Shown: positions 1 to 6,911 of the stretch, in pieces | Layout: every line of letters starts with the position of its first letter | Position numbering within the stretch: the stretch's first letter is position 1 | Assembly: GCA_040754455.1 (NCBI GenBank) | Contig: JBFMCP010000060.1 | Coordinates: 1 to 10,774 of the forward strand | Direction of reading: 5' to 3' | Length of the DNA: 10,774 nucleotides | Origin: Nitrospirota bacterium | GTDB taxonomy: Bacteria > Nitrospirota > Thermodesulfovibrionia > Thermodesulfovibrionales > Dissulfurispiraceae | Notes under the pieces: generated by a model | The model's input: only the letters and a program-made list of their open reading frames with translations | Told to the model about the DNA's origin: nothing | The model's database searches: none | Translations under genes and position numbers: made by a program

Positions 1-1232
1 GTAAGCCCGAGGCTCGGACTTGTAAAATCACCATTTGTATTTGTGAAATCATAGCGAATGCCCGGCGTAATGGAGAGTTTACCCCAGACAGTGGTATCGT
101 TCACAAACACTGCCCATTTTTCTAAATCCTGTTCACCTTTAGCGATCGTATCTGATTTCAGAGTCCTGTTATCAAAATCCGATCCAACAACAATCGTATG
201 TCCGTCCGGCTTCCAGGTGAACTTCATGCCTGCTCCATAGCCTGAGTCCTTGAACTTAGACTCCTGGGTAGTCGAAAACGGCGCTCCATAACGGCTACTT
301 CTCTCAAAAACGAGCCGTGATGTCCTGAGCGAGAGGAGCACATCAGCCTTGCTGCTGATGACATGACGCAGTGAGAATGTTGAAAACAGAGTACTGAAGG
401 TATTATCGCTGCTGACTGAAACGGGGCCACTTGATAATTCGGTCTCACCCCGGTCTCCCCTATCATACCCCAGCGTAAAGATAACCGATGTGTCTTTTGT
501 TATGCCATAGGTAAGCTTCGAATAGAAATGTTTATTGGATACATCATTATTCGCCCTGAAGCCGTCGGACTGCAGTTTACCCGCGAACAGGTAGTAGCCG
601 ATATCTGCCTTTTTACCGGAGATTTCCGCGCGGAAGTCGCCTGTATTCTCTTCACCGTATGTTGCGGAGAGCGTACCGCCGATAACCTTCTTCCGGCCCT
701 CTCCCGATTTGGTAATAATGTTTACCACACCACCTATGGATGAGCCCCACGCAGAGGATGCAGGCCCCTTTATAATCTCTATCCGCTCGATATGCTGTAC
801 AGGGATTGATCCCGTATCAACGATATTGCTGCTTATGTTCGCCATATCAACGCCATCAATGAAGACTGCGGTATGCCGCTGTTCTGCGCCCTGGATATGC
901 ACCGGCACCGAACTGCCAGGCCCGCCGGTCATAAATGCCTGTATCCCGGGCACCGTGTTCAGCACCTCGCCCAGGGTGTGGGCATTCATGAGCTCTATCT
1001 GTTCAGAGGTAATAACGGTTATATTTTCAGCGACTTGGGCAATGGGCTTGGGGCTCCTGGTAGGTGAGACGACAACGAGGTCCTCCTCATTGAAAAACAT
1101 CAGAAGGAAGTTCCTTTCCTCCTCGGACTGGGCAAAAGTCACAGCAGGGAATACCGTCAGGGAGAGGAGAAACAGCGAGACGATTAATATTTTTGTTTTC
1201 CAGATTATGTACGACTCCCCCCGAAGTCTCAT
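1..1232 (-). CDS. TonB-dependent outer-membrane receptor (signal peptide, plug domain and start of beta-barrel); 3' end lies outside the window
   Basis: Translated by hand. ATG at 1232 is preceded by GAAGGGGG and the frame stays open to base 1 (410 codons, no stop, so it is absent from the ORF track). It starts MRLRGESYIIWKTKILIVSLFLLSLTVFPAVTFA|QSEEE (Sec-type signal). Then come a TonB-box-like EEDLVVVSPTR and plug motifs NITVITSEQI, LNTVPGI, IQG, VFIDGV and IERIEIIKGPASSAWGSSIGGVVNIITK, followed by amphipathic beta strands (e.g. LSITPGIRYD). Confidence 0.93.
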   Translation of the reverse strand, partial: MRLRGESYIIWKTKILIVSLFLLSLTVFPAVTFAQSEEERNFLLMFFNEEDLVVVSPTRSPKPIAQVAENITVITSEQIELMNAHTLGEVLNTVPGIQAFMTGGPGSSVPVHIQGAEQRHTAVFIDGVDMANISSNIVDTGSIPVQHIERIEIIKGPASSAWGSSIGGVVNIITKSGEGRKKVIGGTLSATYGEENTGDFRAEISGKKADIGYYLFAGKLQSDGFRANNDVSNKHFYSKLTYGITKDTSVIFTLGYDRGDRGETELSSGPVSVSSDNTFSTLFSTFSLRHVISSKADVLLSLRTSRLVFERSSRYGAPFSTTQESKFKDSGYGAGMKFTWKPDGHTIVVGSDFDNRTLKSDTIAKGEQDLEKWAVFVNDTTVWGKLSITPGIRYDFTNTNGDFTSPSLGL

Positions 1233-1258
1233 GCGTGACCCCCTTCAAAGGCTAGATG

Positions 1259-1267
1259 ATTATAGCA
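1259..1267 (-). promoter_or_regulatory. Extended -10 sigma70-type promoter (TGcTATAAT) for the TonB receptor gene
   Basis: Minus strand reads TGCTATAAT, ending 26 nt before the ATG at 1232. A TTGATT hexamer lies 19 nt upstream of the TATAAT (1284-1289), and the upstream region is AT-rich. Confidence 0.6.
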
Positions 1268-1383
1268 AACCACGGTTGGAAAAAATCAATGCTCTTTCAA
1301 TTTCCAACGAATCAATATATAAATTTTAATTTATAAGTTATTTAAACCATTCAATTCCGTTTCCTCTAAGGCCCTGTATCAGG

Positions 1384-1389
1384 TATAAT
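1384..1389 (+). promoter_or_regulatory. -10 box TATAAT 7 nt upstream of the vorB-like ATG (leaderless-type promoter)
   Basis: Sequence reads ggTATAATttcttccATG with no Shine-Dalgarno sequence. There is no good -35 match. Confidence 0.55.
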
Positions 1390-1396
1390 TTCTTCC

Positions 1397-2458
1397 ATGG
1401 AACGTATATTGATGAAGGGAAATGAGGCGATTGCCGAGGCGGCTGTTCAGGCCGGGTGCAGGTTCTACGCTGGCTATCCCATAACCCCCCAGAACGAAAT
1501 ACCCGAATATATGGCCCGTCGCATGCCCGAGGTGGGCGGTACCTTTATCCAGGCCGAAAGCGAGCTGGCGGCCATCAGTATGGTCTTCGGCGCCTCGGCC
1601 TGCGGCGCACGGGCCATGACATCCTCGAGCAGCCCCGGCATAAGCCTCAAGCAGGAGGGCATCTCGTTCCTTGCCGGAGCCGAGCTGCCGGCGGTCATCG
1701 TCAATATGCAGCGGGGCGGCCCCGGTCTGGGGAACATCTCGGCAAGCCAGGCGGATTATTTCCAGACCGTCAAGGGCGGCGGGCACGGCGATTACCGGAT
1801 GCTCGTCTATGCCCCTTATAATCTCCAGGAGCTATGGGACCTGACCATGCTCGCCTTTGATAAGGCCGATGAATACCGGACGCCGGTCATGATCCTGGGA
1901 GACGGAATCCTTGGGCAGATGATGGAACCGGTGGTGCCGACCCCGTATAAAAAACCGGATCTTCCTGAAAAAACGTGGGCGCTCACCGGCTGCAAGGGAC
2001 GGCAGCCGAATGTAATAAAATCGCTCTTCATGGGGGAGGGCGAGCTGGAGCAGCGGAACTATCTGCTCCAGGCCAAATATCAGAAGATGAAGGAGCGGGA
2101 GGTGCGATTCCAGCTCTACGATATCGAGGACGCGGAACTCGTCGTGGTCGCCTTCGGCAGCGCAGCGCGCATCGCCTTTGCAGCGGTCAGGAAGCTGAGA
2201 GGGGAAGGATACCCCATCGGTCTTCTCAGACCAATCACCCTTTTCCCTTTCCCCGAACTTCCTATAAGCGAGCTAGTAACTGCTGACAGAAGGTTTATTA
2301 CCGTGGAGCTGAATGCAGGGCAGATGGTTGAGGATGTGCGGCTCGCCGTGAACGGAAAATCTGACGTGCTTTTCTATGGAAGACCCGGTGGAGCTATTAT
2401 TACGCCCGAAGAGCTGTATGAGGAGCTTCTATCGCTGCTCATAACGCAAAAGCGATAA
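1397..2458 (+). CDS. vorB: 2-oxoacid:ferredoxin oxidoreductase alpha subunit (3-methyl-2-oxobutanoate dehydrogenase VorB-like)
   Basis: 353 aa. N-terminus LMKGNEAIAEAA; YPITP motif (GYPITPQNE); QAESELAAISMVFGA; AMTSSSSPGISLKQE; QRGGPGLG; C-terminal VELNAGQM. Substrate specificity is inferred from family resemblance only. Confidence 0.88.
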   Translation: MERILMKGNEAIAEAAVQAGCRFYAGYPITPQNEIPEYMARRMPEVGGTFIQAESELAAISMVFGASACGARAMTSSSSPGISLKQEGISFLAGAELPAVIVNMQRGGPGLGNISASQADYFQTVKGGGHGDYRMLVYAPYNLQELWDLTMLAFDKADEYRTPVMILGDGILGQMMEPVVPTPYKKPDLPEKTWALTGCKGRQPNVIKSLFMGEGELEQRNYLLQAKYQKMKEREVRFQLYDIEDAELVVVAFGSAARIAFAAVRKLRGEGYPIGLLRPITLFPFPELPISELVTADRRFITVELNAGQMVEDVRLAVNGKSDVLFYGRPGGAIITPEELYEELLSLLITQKR

Positions 2459-2475
2459 ATGAACCAGGGCTTGTC

Positions 2476-3465
2476 TTATTCCGGAACATTCGCTGCACGT
2501 TTGAGCCTGTCAAGCAGCTCCGCCTTGATCCTTGCTCTATCCCCGCGTACGGTACACCCTGCGGCGTTCTTGTGCCCTCCGCCGCCATAGGCTTCGGCGA
2601 TCTTCGCTACATTGAGGTCGCCCCTCGATCGGAGGCTCACTTTGTAGTAGTTAGTATCGATCTCCCTTAGAAGAATCGAAACCTGCGGGTTGCGCATGAT
2701 ATAGGGGAAGGAAACAAAATTTTCCGTATCATCGGCAGAAGTCGACGTTTCCTCGAACATTTTCCTGGTGATCGTGGAGATGACCGTTGTCCCGTGGAAC
2801 TCCAGAGTGTTCAGCACTTTAATAAAGAGCTTGAAGCGGCCTTCGGACCACGTCTCATTGAGCGCCCGGTGGATCACGTGCGGCCGCGCCCCAGCTTCGG
2901 CGAGACGCGCTGCAACAGAGAGCACGTCAGCGGTGGTATTCTCGAAACGGAAGTTTCCGGTATCGACAACGATCGCTGCGTAGAGATTAACCGCCATCTC
3001 TTCTGAAATTCCGATGCCGAGCTCTTTAACGATATAATAGACCATCATCCCTGTTGCTGCAACCTGCGGGACAATCCATCTGATATCGCCGAAGGTCTTT
3101 TCGGTCTCGTGGTGATCGATGACCGCGGTGGTCTCGAAGGTGAGATGAGCGAGCCTGGATTTCTCCATTCCCGTACGGGAGATATCGTTGCAGTCGGCAA
3201 GGATAAGATTTTTGTACTCACTGGCATCGAGCCCCGATGAGAGAATGCTTTCAAAGGTATGGAACTGCTCATTGCCCGGCAGGAACCGGTAAAATTCCGG
3301 CACCGCATCCCTGCAGAGCAGGATCGCCTTCTTGTTCAGCTTCCAGAGTGCCATGGCAAGGGCGGCAGATGAGCCGAGGGCATCACCATCCGGGTTCAGA
3401 TGTGTGATGATGAGAAAGTGATCGTTCTCTCGCAAGAAGTTAATCAATGTTTCAGGCGGACGCAC
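2476..3465 (-). CDS. nrnA: DHH/DHHA1 family phosphoesterase (bifunctional oligoribonuclease/pAp phosphatase NrnA-like)
   Basis: 329 aa, GTG start preceded by GAGGAG. Motifs THLNPDGDALGS, IDHH, DTGNF, KVSLRS and GGGGHKNAAG. The position after rbfA is typical for this family. Confidence 0.9.
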   Translation of the reverse strand: MRPPETLINFLRENDHFLIITHLNPDGDALGSSAALAMALWKLNKKAILLCRDAVPEFYRFLPGNEQFHTFESILSSGLDASEYKNLILADCNDISRTGMEKSRLAHLTFETTAVIDHHETEKTFGDIRWIVPQVAATGMMVYYIVKELGIGISEEMAVNLYAAIVVDTGNFRFENTTADVLSVAARLAEAGARPHVIHRALNETWSEGRFKLFIKVLNTLEFHGTTVISTITRKMFEETSTSADDTENFVSFPYIMRNPQVSILLREIDTNYYKVSLRSRGDLNVAKIAEAYGGGGHKNAAGCTVRGDRARIKAELLDRLKRAANVPE

Positions 3466-3520
3466 GTTGTACTCCTCTTGCGCGGAGGGCGATCATAAGC
3501 CTGCTGGAGGCAGAAAAGGC

Positions 3521-3880
3521 TCATTCTTCTCTGGAGCCCTTCTCCCTAATCTCGTTAAGCAAACGATCGATCCTGTCGCCGCGCGCTATGGATGTATCGA
3601 TTCTGAATTCCAGAGTGGGGATGAACTTGACCCTCACCCGCTTGGATACTTCGCTGCGGATGAGGCCTTTTGCCGAATTGAGAATCTCGAGGGAAAGCTC
3701 CTGATCCTCTTCCTTGAGAACGCTGATGAACACTTTGGCTATTTTAAGATCATCCGAAAGCTCGACATCGGTGACCGTTACGAACCCGAGCCGCGGATCC
3801 TTGATCTTTTTCATGATGATGTCGGCGATCTCTTCTCGGAGCAGAATATTCAGTCGCTGTGATCTCTTGTATGGATGCAT
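3521..3880 (-). CDS. rbfA: Ribosome-binding factor A
   Basis: 119 aa. Motifs KIKDPRLGFVTVTDVELSDDLKIAKVFIS and IPTLEFRIDTSI. Lies downstream of infB. No clear SD sequence. Confidence 0.96.
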   Translation of the reverse strand: MHPYKRSQRLNILLREEIADIIMKKIKDPRLGFVTVTDVELSDDLKIAKVFISVLKEEDQELSLEILNSAKGLIRSEVSKRVRVKFIPTLEFRIDTSIARGDRIDRLLNEIREKGSREE

Positions 3881-3972
3881 AAGCGTTTGTTGCGTTATAG
3901 TGTTGTGCGTTTATCGCGTTTGGGATATTTGTTGCGCTATAACCCTCTAGACGCGATGAACGCGAGAAACGG
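3881..3972. repeat. Degenerate 8-9-nt tandem repeat (GCGTTTAT/GCGTT core) with inverted arm in the infB-rbfA spacer
   Basis: Reads aaGCGTTtgttGCGTTatagtgttgtGCGTTtatcGCGTTtggg ... agACGCgatgAACGCgagAAACgg. 3907-3924 pairs with 3946-3963 (14 Watson-Crick plus 4 G.U pairs on the plus strand). Confidence 0.75.
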
Positions 3973-6423
3973 CTAAAGTTTTGCGGCAATCTTCTCTATG
4001 ATGTAGTTTTCGAGGATATCGCCGACTTTGATGTCATTGAAGTTCTCGATGGTCACACCGCACTCATAGCCCGCCTGCGCTTCTTTGACATCTTCCTTGA
4101 AGCGCTTCAGAGAGCTGATCTTTCCCTCGTAGACCACGATATTATCCCTGATGACCCTGACGCCGTCGCTCGCGCGGCTGATGGTACCGTCGAGCACATA
4201 GCAACCCGCGATGGTACCGATCCTCGATACACTGAAGGTCTGTCTGACCTCGGCCCTGCCCAGGACCTTCTCCTTGAACGTCGGCTCCAGGAGACCTTCG
4301 AGCGCCTTCTTCACATCCTCGATCGCATCATAAATGATGTTGTACAGCCGTATATCGACGCCCTCTTTTTCGGCGAGCTGTGATGCCTTGAGCTCCGGAC
4401 GGACATTGAAACCGATAACGATCGCATTGGATGCAGCGGCGAGCATGACATCCGATTCGTTGATGCCGCCCACCGAGGCGTGGATGACCCGCACCTTGAC
4501 TTCGGGGTGGGTAACACCTTCGAGCGCCTTCTTGATCGCCTCAACAGAGCCCTGCACATCACCTTTGATGACGAGATTGAGGTCTTTGATCTGACCTTCC
4601 TTTATCTTTGCATAGAGCTCGTCAAGCGTGAGTTTCCGGTGGCGTGCAATCTCGGCAAGCCGCTGCTTCTGCTGACGGGCAAGGGCGATCTGCCGCGCTC
4701 TCTTTTCATCATCGACGCTGATGAACACATCTCCCGCGGTCGGGACTTCCGAGAACCCGATAACTTCGACCGGTGTCGACGGCCCCGCCTCGGTGATTTT
4801 CTTTCCAGTATCGTCGATCAGCGCCCTGACACGGCCGGAGGTCGTTCCCGCAACAAAGGCATCGCCGATGTGCAGGGTACCCGATTGGATAAGGACAGTA
4901 GCGACCGGTCCCCTCCCTCTGTCCAGTTTCGCCTCGATGATCGTGCCCTTTGCGGGTCTATGGGGATTCGCCTTTAATTCCATCACATCCGCCTGGAGCA
5001 GAATCATCTCCAGGAGATTTTCAATGCCGATCCTCTTCTTTGCCGAAACCTCGACAAAGATCGTCTGACCGCCCCACTCTTCGGACACGATGCCGTGCTC
5101 TGCAAGCTCGTTCTTTACTCTCTGGGGGTTTGCTTCAGGTTTGTCTATTTTGTTGACGGCGACCACAATAGGAACGTTTGCCGCCTTCGAGTGGTCGATG
5201 GCCTCTATCGTCTGGGGCATGACGCCGTCATCGGCAGCCACAACGAGGACAACAATGTCCGTGACCTTTGCTCCCCGGGCCCGCAATGCAGTAAACGCCT
5301 CGTGGCCGGGAGTGTCGAGAAAGGTGATATCCTTCCCCTGAAGCGAAATTTTATAGGCGCCGATATGCTGGGTAATCCCTCCTGCCTCGGTCTCGGTCAC
5401 CTTCGTCTTGCGGATTGCGTCGAGCAGTGAGGTCTTTCCGTGATCGACATGTCCCATGATCGTAACCACAGGGGGCCGCGGCACAAGGTTCGCCTGCTCC
5501 TCGGGAGCTTCCTCGACCACATCGAGCTGTTCGGCAGCAACGGACTCGACCTTCACCCCGAAGCTTTCAGCCACCAGTATCGCTGCATCCATGTCGATCG
5601 GCTGGTTCACTGTTGCCATATAGCCCAGCTCCATCAATTTCTTGATGACGTCGGAGATCTTCTGGCCGATCAGCTCGGCAAAGGTCTTTACCGTCGTCCC
5701 CTCTTCCAGCTTGATGGATTTCTTACGGGGTGCGGTGATCACCGGCGGGGCCGGTACTACCTGCTCGGGTCTCCTGAAGCGGTCCTTGAATTTCTTATTG
5801 CCTGACTTCTGGTCAACCCATTTTTTCGGTTCTATCCTCTTGATCGCCTGGAAGGCCTTCTGCATGGTCGGCTTGACCTTGATCTTCTCGACCTTTTCGA
5901 CCTCTATCTCTTTTTTAAAGCGATCGGGCAGCTTGACCTCATCATCATCTTCGCTGACCGCCACCGGGGGCGCGACGACTGCAGACTGAGGCTCCTCTGC
6001 AGGAGCAGCAGCTGGGAGCGGCGTTTCTTTTGCTGTCGGCTCTTTGGGGGCAGCAGGTTGCTGTGCGGGTTTAGCCTCCTTCTTGGCCTCTCTCTTGAAT
6101 TGCTCTTTCGGGCGCTCCTCCCTGGTCTCACGCTTCCGTAGTTCAGCAGGTTTTGTTTCGCGGGCCTCGGGCATCTTTTTTGGTGGGGCAGCCGGAGCAG
6201 AAGGTGCCGGTGCGTGCGCTGCCGTCGCTTTCTGCGGTTTCGGCGCCGGAGGCCGACCAAATATCCTCTTGATCTTCTCCGCTTCATCCGCAGCCAGCTT
6301 CACGTTCGTGGTGCCCTTCTTGTACTCTATTCCTCTGAGCCTGCCGAGTTCCTTGACCACATCGGTGGCCTTTACGCCGAGCTCTTTCGCCAATTCCGTA
6401 CTCTTTATTTCAACAGTTGACAT
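3973..6423 (-). CDS. infB: Translation initiation factor IF-2
   Basis: 816 aa. G-domain motifs [22 protein letters not shown] and NKID; C-terminal SLKRFKEDV and GYECG. SD GGAGG at 6435-6439. Pro/Ala/Glu/Lys-rich variable N-terminus. Confidence 0.99.
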   Translation of the reverse strand: MSTVEIKSTELAKELGVKATDVVKELGRLRGIEYKKGTTNVKLAADEAEKIKRIFGRPPAPKPQKATAAHAPAPSAPAAPPKKMPEARETKPAELRKRETREERPKEQFKREAKKEAKPAQQPAAPKEPTAKETPLPAAAPAEEPQSAVVAPPVAVSEDDDEVKLPDRFKKEIEVEKVEKIKVKPTMQKAFQAIKRIEPKKWVDQKSGNKKFKDRFRRPEQVVPAPPVITAPRKKSIKLEEGTTVKTFAELIGQKISDVIKKLMELGYMATVNQPIDMDAAILVAESFGVKVESVAAEQLDVVEEAPEEQANLVPRPPVVTIMGHVDHGKTSLLDAIRKTKVTETEAGGITQHIGAYKISLQGKDITFLDTPGHEAFTALRARGAKVTDIVVLVVAADDGVMPQTIEAIDHSKAANVPIVVAVNKIDKPEANPQRVKNELAEHGIVSEEWGGQTIFVEVSAKKRIGIENLLEMILLQADVMELKANPHRPAKGTIIEAKLDRGRGPVATVLIQSGTLHIGDAFVAGTTSGRVRALIDDTGKKITEAGPSTPVEVIGFSEVPTAGDVFISVDDEKRARQIALARQQKQRLAEIARHRKLTLDELYAKIKEGQIKDLNLVIKGDVQGSVEAIKKALEGVTHPEVKVRVIHASVGGINESDVMLAAASNAIVIGFNVRPELKASQLAEKEGVDIRLYNIIYDAIEDVKKALEGLLEPTFKEKVLGRAEVRQTFSVSRIGTIAGCYVLDGTISRASDGVRVIRDNIVVYEGKISSLKRFKEDVKEAQAGYECGVTIENFNDIKVGDILENYIIEKIAAKL

Positions 6424-6452
6424 CTAAACGGTATCCTCCAATCTTTCCTCTC

Positions 6453-6557
6453 AAATAGAAAGTAAGAAATAGGAACTAAGAAGTAAGAAGTTTAAGACAA
6501 AAACCAAAACTTGCTTTTTCCCTCTCCTTCCCACTTCCTATTTCCCACTTTCTATTT
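6453..6557 (-). repeat. Heptamer tandem-repeat inverted repeat (31-bp arms, 43-nt loop) in the predicted infB 5' leader
   Basis: Left units from 6453 are AAATAGA AAGTAAG AAATAGG AACTAAG AAGTAAG. Right units from 6527 are CTTCCCA CTTCCTA TTTCCCA CTTTCTA TTT. Arms 6453-6483 and 6527-6557 are 26/31 Watson-Crick, and 4 of the 5 mismatches are G.U pairs on the minus strand. Confidence 0.85.
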
Positions 6558-6564
6558 TATTTAC

Positions 6565-6593
6565 TTGTAACATTACTCCTGAAATGTTATCAT
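6565..6593 (+). promoter_or_regulatory. Sigma70-type promoter for rpmB
   Basis: TTGTAA (6565-6570), 17-nt spacer, TATCAT (6588-6593), with an extended -10 TG at 6585-6586. Confidence 0.7.
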
Positions 6594-6612
6594 AAAAGAC
6601 TTTTTAATGCAA
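6584..6612 (-). promoter_or_regulatory. Sigma70-type promoter for infB, overlapping the rpmB promoter
   Basis: Minus strand: TTGCAT (6612-6607), 17-nt spacer, TAACAT (6589-6584), preceded by an extended -10 TG (TGaTAACAT). Confidence 0.6.
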
Positions 6613-6634
6613 TGAACAAAAGGAGGGAACCCCT

Positions 6635-6823
6635 ATGGCAAGTTGCTCTATCTGCGGAAAAAAACGGACCATCGGCAATAACGTCAGCCATGCAAACAAT
6701 AAAACGAAACGCATCCTGATGCCGAACATCCAGCGGATCAAGATCGCCACAGAACACGGCACCAAGAAGTCCTATGTATGCACCCGGTGCCTCCGTTCCA
6801 AAAAGGTCGTCAAAGCGGTATAA
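6635..6823 (+). CDS. rpmB: 50S ribosomal protein L28 (zinc-ribbon C+ form)
   Basis: 62 aa. Motifs [23 protein letters not shown] and VCTRCLRS. Strong SD AAGGAGG just upstream. Confidence 0.97.
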   Translation: MASCSICGKKRTIGNNVSHANNKTKRILMPNIQRIKIATEHGTKKSYVCTRCLRSKKVVKAV

Positions 6824-6833
6824 TCTGCCTGAG

Positions 6834-6896
6834 GCGTTGTGCGTTTATAGCGTATAGAGCCGATCAGAAGGCACGGCTTTCATTACGCTATAACGC
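6834..6896. repeat. GCGTTTATA-family repeat hairpin in the rpmB-dciA spacer
   Basis: GCGTTTATAGCGTA (6841-6854) pairs with TACGCTATAACGC (6884-6896) with one bulge, and there is an inner stem GAGCCG/CGGCTT. 6836-6853 matches 3902-3919 at 17 of 18 nt. Confidence 0.75.
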
Positions 6897-6911
6897 TCCC
6901 AGCCCGATCCT

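Noticed and set aside
1..1232. TonB receptor as a pseudogene, because it is missing from the ORF track
   Set aside because: Manual translation shows no stop or frameshift. The frame simply runs off the window edge.
58..1329. ORF-track entries 58-240, 224-466, 528-743, 709-1329 and 873-1067
   Set aside because: They are antisense or off-frame shadows of the TonB receptor frame, which is intact and carries recognisable motifs.
3466..3523. Selenocysteine or stop-codon readthrough of the rbfA TGA into nrnA, and an SD-occluding hairpin (CCTC/GAGG)
   Set aside because: RbfA is already full length, and the readthrough frame is not the nrnA frame and stops shortly after. The stem is only about 4 bp.
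5900..6300. Pro/Ala/Glu/Lys-rich IF-2 N-terminus as a novel domain, or an internal IF-2 beta start
   Set aside because: Low-complexity variable N-termini are normal for IF-2, and I saw no convincing internal SD-start pair.
4311..6427. Multiple ORFs overlapping infB
   Set aside because: Antisense or alternative-frame artefacts of a GC-biased conserved gene.
6453..6557. Hairpin as a Rho-independent terminator or known riboswitch
   Set aside because: The stem is AU-rich with a 43-nt loop and no clear U-tract on the infB-sense strand. I could not recognise any riboswitch consensus, though an Rfam search would be needed to exclude one formally.
6635..6823. Zinc-ribbon cysteines in L28
   Set aside because: The C+ form is common and not unusual.
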